Origin: Escherichia phage T7
Length of the DNA: 36,786 nt
Reading direction: 5' to 3' (one strand)
Sequence record: MZ375274.1
Below, piece after piece: positions 31,703 through 36,786 of the stretch. A model generated the notes under the pieces. That model did no database searches and was not told the origin of the DNA. It saw only the letters and a list, made by a program, of their open reading frames with translations. A program made the position numbers and the translations under genes. Numbering within the stretch: position 1 is the first letter of the stretch; each line of letters begins with the position of its first letter.

Positions 31703-33364
31703 ATGGCTAACGTAATTAAAACCGTTTTGACTTACCAGTTAGATGGCTCCAATCGTGATTTTAATATCCCGTTTGAGTATCTAGCCCGTAAGTTCGTAGT
31801 GGTAACTCTTATTGGTGTAGACCGAAAGGTCCTTACGATTAATACAGACTATCGCTTTGCTACACGTACTACTATCTCTCTGACAAAGGCTTGGGGTCCA
31901 GCCGATGGCTACACGACCATCGAGTTACGTCGAGTAACCTCCACTACCGACCGATTGGTTGACTTTACGGATGGTTCAATCCTCCGCGCGTATGACCTTA
32001 ACGTCGCTCAGATTCAAACGATGCACGTAGCGGAAGAGGCCCGTGACCTCACTACGGATACTATCGGTGTCAATAACGATGGTCACTTGGATGCTCGTGG
32101 TCGTCGAATTGTGAACCTAGCGAACGCCGTGGATGACCGCGATGCTGTTCCGTTTGGTCAACTAAAGACCATGAACCAGAACTCATGGCAAGCACGTAAT
32201 GAAGCCTTACAGTTCCGTAATGAGGCTGAGACTTTCAGAAACCAAGCGGAGGGCTTTAAGAACGAGTCCAGTACCAACGCTACGAACACAAAGCAGTGGC
32301 GCGATGAGACCAAGGGTTTCCGAGACGAAGCCAAGCGGTTCGAGAATACGGCTGGTCAATACGCTACATCTGCTGGGAACTCTGCTTCCGCTGCGCATCA
32401 ATCTGAGGTAAACGCTGAGAACTCTGCCACAGCATCCGCTAACTCTGCTCATTTGGCAGAACAGCAAGCAGACCGTGCGGAACGTGAGGCAGACAAGCTG
32501 GAAAATTACAATGGATTGGCTGGTGCAATTGATAAGGTAGATGGAACCAATGTGTACTGGAAAGGAAATATTCACGCTAACGGGCGCCTTTACATGACCA
32601 CAAACGGTTTTGACTGTGGCCAGTATCAACAGTTCTTTGGTGGTGTCACTAATCGTTACTCTGTCATGGAGTGGGGAGATGAGAACGGATGGCTGATGTA
32701 TGTTCAACGTAGAGAGTGGACAACAGCGATAGGCGGTAACATCCAGTTAGTAGTAAACGGACAGATCATCACCCAAGGTGGAGCCATGACCGGTCAGCTA
32801 AAATTGCAGAATGGGCATGTTCTTCAATTAGAGTCCGCATCCGACAAGGCGCACTATATTCTATCTAAAGATGGTAACAGGAATAACTGGTACATTGGTA
32901 GAGGGTCAGATAACAACAATGACTGTACCTTCCACTCCTATGTACATGGTACGACCTTAACACTCAAGCAGGACTATGCAGTAGTTAACAAACACTTCCA
33001 CGTAGGTCAGGCCGTTGTGGCCACTGATGGTAATATTCAAGGTACTAAGTGGGGAGGTAAATGGCTGGATGCTTACCTACGTGACAGCTTCGTTGCGAAG
33101 TCCAAGGCGTGGACTCAGGTGTGGTCTGGTAGTGCTGGCGGTGGGGTAAGTGTGACTGTTTCACAGGATCTCCGCTTCCGCAATATCTGGATTAAGTGTG
33201 CCAACAACTCTTGGAACTTCTTCCGTACTGGCCCCGATGGAATCTACTTCATAGCCTCTGATGGTGGATGGTTACGATTCCAAATACACTCCAACGGTCT
33301 CGGATTCAAGAATATTGCAGACAGTCGTTCAGTACCTAATGCAATCATGGTGGAGAACGAGTAA
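31703..33364 (+). CDS. 17: Tail fibre protein gp17
   Basis: 553-aa ORF MANVIKTVLTYQLDGSNRDFNIPFEYLARKFVVVTLIG... Confidence 0.95.
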   Translation: MANVIKTVLTYQLDGSNRDFNIPFEYLARKFVVVTLIGVDRKVLTINTDYRFATRTTISLTKAWGPADGYTTIELRRVTSTTDRLVDFTDGSILRAYDLNVAQIQTMHVAEEARDLTTDTIGVNNDGHLDARGRRIVNLANAVDDRDAVPFGQLKTMNQNSWQARNEALQFRNEAETFRNQAEGFKNESSTNATNTKQWRDETKGFRDEAKRFENTAGQYATSAGNSASAAHQSEVNAENSATASANSAHLAEQQADRAEREADKLENYNGLAGAIDKVDGTNVYWKGNIHANGRLYMTTNGFDCGQYQQFFGGVTNRYSVMEWGDENGWLMYVQRREWTTAIGGNIQLVVNGQIITQGGAMTGQLKLQNGHVLQLESASDKAHYILSKDGNRNNWYIGRGSDNNNDCTFHSYVHGTTLTLKQDYAVVNKHFHVGQAVVATDGNIQGTKWGGKWLDAYLRDSFVAKSKAWTQVWSGSAGGGVSVTVSQDLRFRNIWIKCANNSWNFFRTGPDGIYFIASDGGWLRFQIHSNGLGFKNIADSRSVPNAIMVENE

Positions 33365-33422
33365 TTGGTAAATCACAAGGAAAGACGTGTAGTCCACGGA
33401 TGGACTCTCAAGGAGGTACAAG

Positions 33423-33626
33423 GTGCTATCATTAGACTTTAACAACGAATTGATTAAGGCTGCTCCAATTGTTGGGACGGGTGTAGCAGATGTTAGTGCT
33501 CGACTGTTCTTTGGGTTAAGCCTTAACGAATGGTTCTACGTTGCTGCTATCGCCTACACAGTGGTTCAGATTGGTGCCAAGGTAGTCGATAAGATGATTG
33601 ACTGGAAGAAAGCCAATAAGGAGTGA
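33423..33626 (+). CDS. 17.5: Holin (gp17.5)
   Basis: 67-aa ORF with one hydrophobic segment and a charged C-terminus (...DWKKANKE). Confidence 0.88.
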   Translation: MLSLDFNNELIKAAPIVGTGVADVSARLFFGLSLNEWFYVAAIAYTVVQIGAKVVDKMIDWKKANKE

Positions 33627-33631
33627 TATGT

Positions 33632-33901
33632 ATGGAAAAGGATAAGAGCCTTATTACATTCTTAGAGATGTTGGACACTGCGATGGCTCAGCGTATGCTT
33701 GCGGACCTTTCGGACCATGAGCGTCGCTCTCCGCAACTCTATAATGCTATTAACAAACTGTTAGACCGCCACAAGTTCCAGATTGGTAAGTTGCAGCCGG
33801 ATGTTCACATCTTAGGTGGCCTTGCTGGTGCTCTTGAAGAGTACAAAGAGAAAGTCGGTGATAACGGTCTTACGGATGATGATATTTACACATTACAGTG
33901 A
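33632..33901 (+). CDS. 18: Terminase small subunit (gp18)
   Basis: 89-aa ORF MEKDKSLITFLEMLDTAMAQRMLADLSDHERR... Confidence 0.88.
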   Translation: MEKDKSLITFLEMLDTAMAQRMLADLSDHERRSPQLYNAINKLLDRHKFQIGKLQPDVHILGGLAGALEEYKEKVGDNGLTDDDIYTLQ

Positions 33902-33904
33902 TAT

Positions 33905-33965
33905 ACTCAAGGCCACTACAGATAGTGGTCTTTATGGATGTCATTGTCTATACGAGATGCTCCTA
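33905..33965 (+). promoter_or_regulatory. RNase III site R18.5 (approximate bounds)
   Basis: Hairpin-capable spacer ctcaaggccactacagatagtggtctttatgg between genes 18 and 18.5. Confidence 0.45.
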
Positions 33966-33995
33966 CGTGAAATCTGAAAGTTAACGGGAGGCATT

Positions 33996-34427
33996 ATGCT
34001 AGAATTTTTACGTAAGCTAATCCCTTGGGTTCTCGCTGGGATGCTATTCGGGTTAGGATGGCATCTAGGGTCAGACTCAATGGACGCTAAATGGAAACAG
34101 GAGGTACACAATGAGTACGTTAAGAGAGTTGAGGCTGCGAAGAGCACTCAAAGAGCAATCGATGCGGTATCTGCTAAGTATCAAGAAGACCTTGCCGCGC
34201 TGGAAGGGAGCACTGATAGGATTATTTCTGATTTGCGTAGCGACAATAAGCGGTTGCGCGTCAGAGTCAAAACTACCGGAACCTCCGATGGTCAGTGTGG
34301 ATTCGAGCCTGATGGTCGAGCCGAACTTGACGACCGAGATGCTAAACGTATTCTCGCAGTGACCCAGAAGGGTGACGCATGGATTCGTGCGTTACAGGAT
34401 ACTATTCGTGAACTGCAACGTAAGTAG
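33996..34427 (+). CDS. 18.5: Rz-like i-spanin (gp18.5)
   Basis: 143-aa ORF with an N-terminal transmembrane segment (LIPWVLAGMLFGLGWHLG), then charged/coiled region. Confidence 0.88.
   Translation: MLEFLRKLIPWVLAGMLFGLGWHLGSDSMDAKWKQEVHNEYVKRVEAAKSTQRAIDAVSAKYQEDLAALEGSTDRIISDLRSDNKRLRVRVKTTGTSDGQCGFEPDGRAELDDRDAKRILAVTQKGDAWIRALQDTIRELQRK
34111..34362 (+). CDS. 18.7: Rz1-like o-spanin (gp18.7), embedded in the +1 frame of 18.5
   Basis: 83-aa ORF inside 18.5 with a lipobox-like LICVATISGC and a Pro-rich tail. Confidence 0.75.
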   Translation: MSTLRELRLRRALKEQSMRYLLSIKKTLPRWKGALIGLFLICVATISGCASESKLPEPPMVSVDSSLMVEPNLTTEMLNVFSQ

Positions 34428-34448
34428 GAAATCAAGTAAGGAGGCAAT

Positions 34449-36209
34449 GTGTCTACTCAATCCAATCGTAATGCGCTCGTAGTGGCGCAACTGAAAGGAG
34501 ACTTCGTGGCGTTCCTATTCGTCTTATGGAAGGCGCTACACCTACCGGTGCCCACTAAGTGTCAGATTGACATGGCTAAGGTGCTGGCGAATGGAGACAA
34601 CAAGAAGTTCATCTTACAGGCTTTCCGTGGTATCGGTAAGTCGTTCATCACATGTGCGTTCGTTGTGTGGTCCTTATGGAGAGACCCTCAGTTGAAGATA
34701 CTTATCGTATCAGCCTCTAAGGAGCGTGCAGACGCTAACTCCATCTTTATTAAGAACATCATTGACCTGCTGCCATTCCTATCTGAGTTAAAGCCAAGAC
34801 CCGGACAGCGTGACTCGGTAATCAGCTTTGATGTAGGCCCAGCCAATCCTGACCACTCTCCTAGTGTGAAATCAGTAGGTATCACTGGTCAGTTAACTGG
34901 TAGCCGTGCTGACATTATCATTGCGGATGACGTTGAGATTCCGTCTAACAGCGCAACTATGGGTGCCCGTGAGAAGCTATGGACTCTGGTTCAGGAGTTC
35001 GCTGCGTTACTTAAACCGCTGCCTTCCTCTCGCGTTATCTACCTTGGTACACCTCAGACAGAGATGACTCTCTATAAGGAACTTGAGGATAACCGTGGGT
35101 ACACAACCATTATCTGGCCTGCTCTGTACCCAAGGACACGTGAAGAGAACCTCTATTACTCACAGCGTCTTGCTCCTATGTTACGCGCTGAGTACGATGA
35201 GAACCCTGAGGCACTTGCTGGGACTCCAACAGACCCAGTGCGCTTTGACCGTGATGACCTGCGCGAGCGTGAGTTGGAATACGGTAAGGCTGGCTTTACG
35301 CTACAGTTCATGCTTAACCCTAACCTTAGTGATGCCGAGAAGTACCCGCTGAGGCTTCGTGACGCTATCGTAGCGGCCTTAGACTTAGAGAAGGCCCCAA
35401 TGCATTACCAGTGGCTTCCGAACCGTCAGAACATCATTGAGGACCTTCCTAACGTTGGCCTTAAGGGTGATGACCTGCATACGTACCACGATTGTTCCAA
35501 CAACTCAGGTCAGTACCAACAGAAGATTCTGGTCATTGACCCTAGTGGTCGCGGTAAGGACGAAACAGGTTACGCTGTGCTGTACACACTGAACGGTTAC
35601 ATCTACCTTATGGAAGCTGGAGGTTTCCGTGATGGCTACTCCGATAAGACCCTTGAGTTACTCGCTAAGAAGGCAAAGCAATGGGGAGTCCAGACGGTTG
35701 TCTACGAGAGTAACTTCGGTGACGGTATGTTCGGTAAGGTATTCAGTCCTATCCTTCTTAAACACCACAACTGTGCGATGGAAGAGATTCGTGCCCGTGG
35801 TATGAAAGAGATGCGTATTTGCGATACCCTTGAGCCAGTCATGCAGACTCACCGCCTTGTAATTCGTGATGAGGTCATTAGGGCCGACTACCAGTCCGCT
35901 CGTGACGTAGACGGTAAGCATGACGTTAAGTACTCGTTGTTCTACCAGATGACCCGTATCACTCGTGAGAAAGGCGCTCTGGCTCATGATGACCGATTGG
36001 ATGCCCTTGCGTTAGGCATTGAGTATCTCCGTGAGTCCATGCAGTTGGATTCCGTTAAGGTCGAGGGTGAAGTACTTGCTGACTTCCTTGAGGAACACAT
36101 GATGCGTCCTACGGTTGCTGCTACGCATATCATTGAGATGTCTGTGGGAGGAGTTGATGTGTACTCTGAGGACGATGAGGGTTACGGTACGTCTTTCATT
36201 GAGTGGTGA
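34449..36209 (+). CDS. 19: Terminase large subunit / DNA maturase (gp19; GTG start)
   Basis: 586-aa [22 protein letters not shown]... with an ATPase P-loop-like FRGIGKS segment. Confidence 0.95.
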   Translation: MSTQSNRNALVVAQLKGDFVAFLFVLWKALHLPVPTKCQIDMAKVLANGDNKKFILQAFRGIGKSFITCAFVVWSLWRDPQLKILIVSASKERADANSIFIKNIIDLLPFLSELKPRPGQRDSVISFDVGPANPDHSPSVKSVGITGQLTGSRADIIIADDVEIPSNSATMGAREKLWTLVQEFAALLKPLPSSRVIYLGTPQTEMTLYKELEDNRGYTTIIWPALYPRTREENLYYSQRLAPMLRAEYDENPEALAGTPTDPVRFDRDDLRERELEYGKAGFTLQFMLNPNLSDAEKYPLRLRDAIVAALDLEKAPMHYQWLPNRQNIIEDLPNVGLKGDDLHTYHDCSNNSGQYQQKILVIDPSGRGKDETGYAVLYTLNGYIYLMEAGGFRDGYSDKTLELLAKKAKQWGVQTVVYESNFGDGMFGKVFSPILLKHHNCAMEEIRARGMKEMRICDTLEPVMQTHRLVIRDEVIRADYQSARDVDGKHDVKYSLFYQMTRITREKGALAHDDRLDALALGIEYLRESMQLDSVKVEGEVLADFLEEHMMRPTVAATHIIEMSVGGVDVYSEDDEGYGTSFIEW

Positions 36210-36289
36210 TTTATGCATTAGGACTGCATAGGGATGCACTATAGACCACGGATGGTCAGTTCTTTAAGTTACTGAAAAGACACGATAAA

Positions 36290-36312
36290 TTAATACGACT
36301 CACTATAGGGAG
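36290..36312 (+). promoter_or_regulatory. T7 class III promoter phiOR
   Basis: TAATACGACTCACTATAGGGAGA, exact consensus, near the right end. Confidence 0.88.
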
Positions 36313-36455
36313 AGGAGGGACGAAAGGTTACTATATAGATACTGAATGAATACTTATAGAGTGCATAAAGTATGCATAATGGTGTACCTAGAGTGACCTC
36401 TAAGAATGGTGATTATATTGTATTAGTATCACCTTAACTTAAGGACCAACATAAA

Positions 36456-36485
36456 GTATGCTTATTGTTGAACCTACTGCGGCAT
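36456..36485 (+). pseudogene. 19.5: Gene 19.5 remnant (9 codons then stop)
   Basis: atgcttattgttgaacctactgcggcatag resembles the start of remembered gp19.5 but lacks 5 nt after the ATG and the gene body. Confidence 0.5.
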
Positions 36486-36499
36486 AGAGTCAAGTCCTA

Positions 36500-36644
36500 A
36501 GGTATACCCATAAAGAGCCTCTAATGGTCTATCCTAAGGTCTATACCTAAAGATAGGCCAGTGTCACCTAAAGAGGGTCTTAGAGAGGGCCTATGGAGTT
36601 CCTATAGGGTCCTTTAAAATATACCATAAAAATCTGAGTGACTA
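36500..36644. repeat. Right-end short direct repeats (CCTAAAG/CCTAAGG motifs) before the terminal repeat
   Basis: Repeated cctaaggt.../cctaaag motifs between 36500 and 36644; non-coding. Confidence 0.5.
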
Positions 36645-36786
36645 TCTCACAGTGTACGGACCTAAAGTTCCCCCATAGGGTGTACCTAAAGCCCAGCCAA
36701 TCACCTAAAGTCAACCTTCGGTTGACCTTGAGGGTTCCCTAAGGGTTTGTCTTTGGGTGTTACCTTGAGTGTCTCTCTGTGTCCCT
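36645..36786. repeat. Right terminal direct repeat
   Basis: Exact copy of bases 1-142; window ends at its last base. Confidence 0.9.

Overview
This window is a complete, linear T7-type podovirus genome (Teseptimavirus, 36,786 bp), not a novel system. It is bounded by identical 142-bp direct terminal repeats (1-142 and 36645-36786) and every gene is on the + strand in canonical T7 order. The early region has the E. coli promoters A1/A2/A3, ocr (0.3), the 0.7 kinase and T7 RNA polymerase (gene 1). The middle region has ligase, gp2, SSB, endonuclease I, lysozyme, primase-helicase, DNA polymerase and exonuclease. The late region has portal, scaffold, capsid 10A/10B, tail and core proteins, tail fibre, holin, spanins and terminase. 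T7 RNAP promoters, the TE and Tphi terminators and RNase III sites sit where expected. No CRISPR array, tRNA, integrase, transposase or defence island was found. What is unusual is that the genome looks reduced relative to canonical T7 (39,937 bp, recalled from memory, not aligned). Genes 0.4(3')-0.5-0.6, 1.4, 1.7, 3.8, 4.3-4.5-4.7, 5.3 and 19.5 appear deleted, plus 18 bp in each terminal repeat; my estimated deletion sizes sum to the 3,151 bp length difference. Essential genes are intact apart from a 1-nt insertion that rewrites the last residues of the gene 4 primase-helicase. Other changes are an in-frame fusion of the gene 3.8 start onto gene 4A, a +1 G->T change in the phi10 promoter and a -11 G->A change in the phi13 promoter. 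All comparisons to reference T7 need confirmation by alignment to NC_001604.
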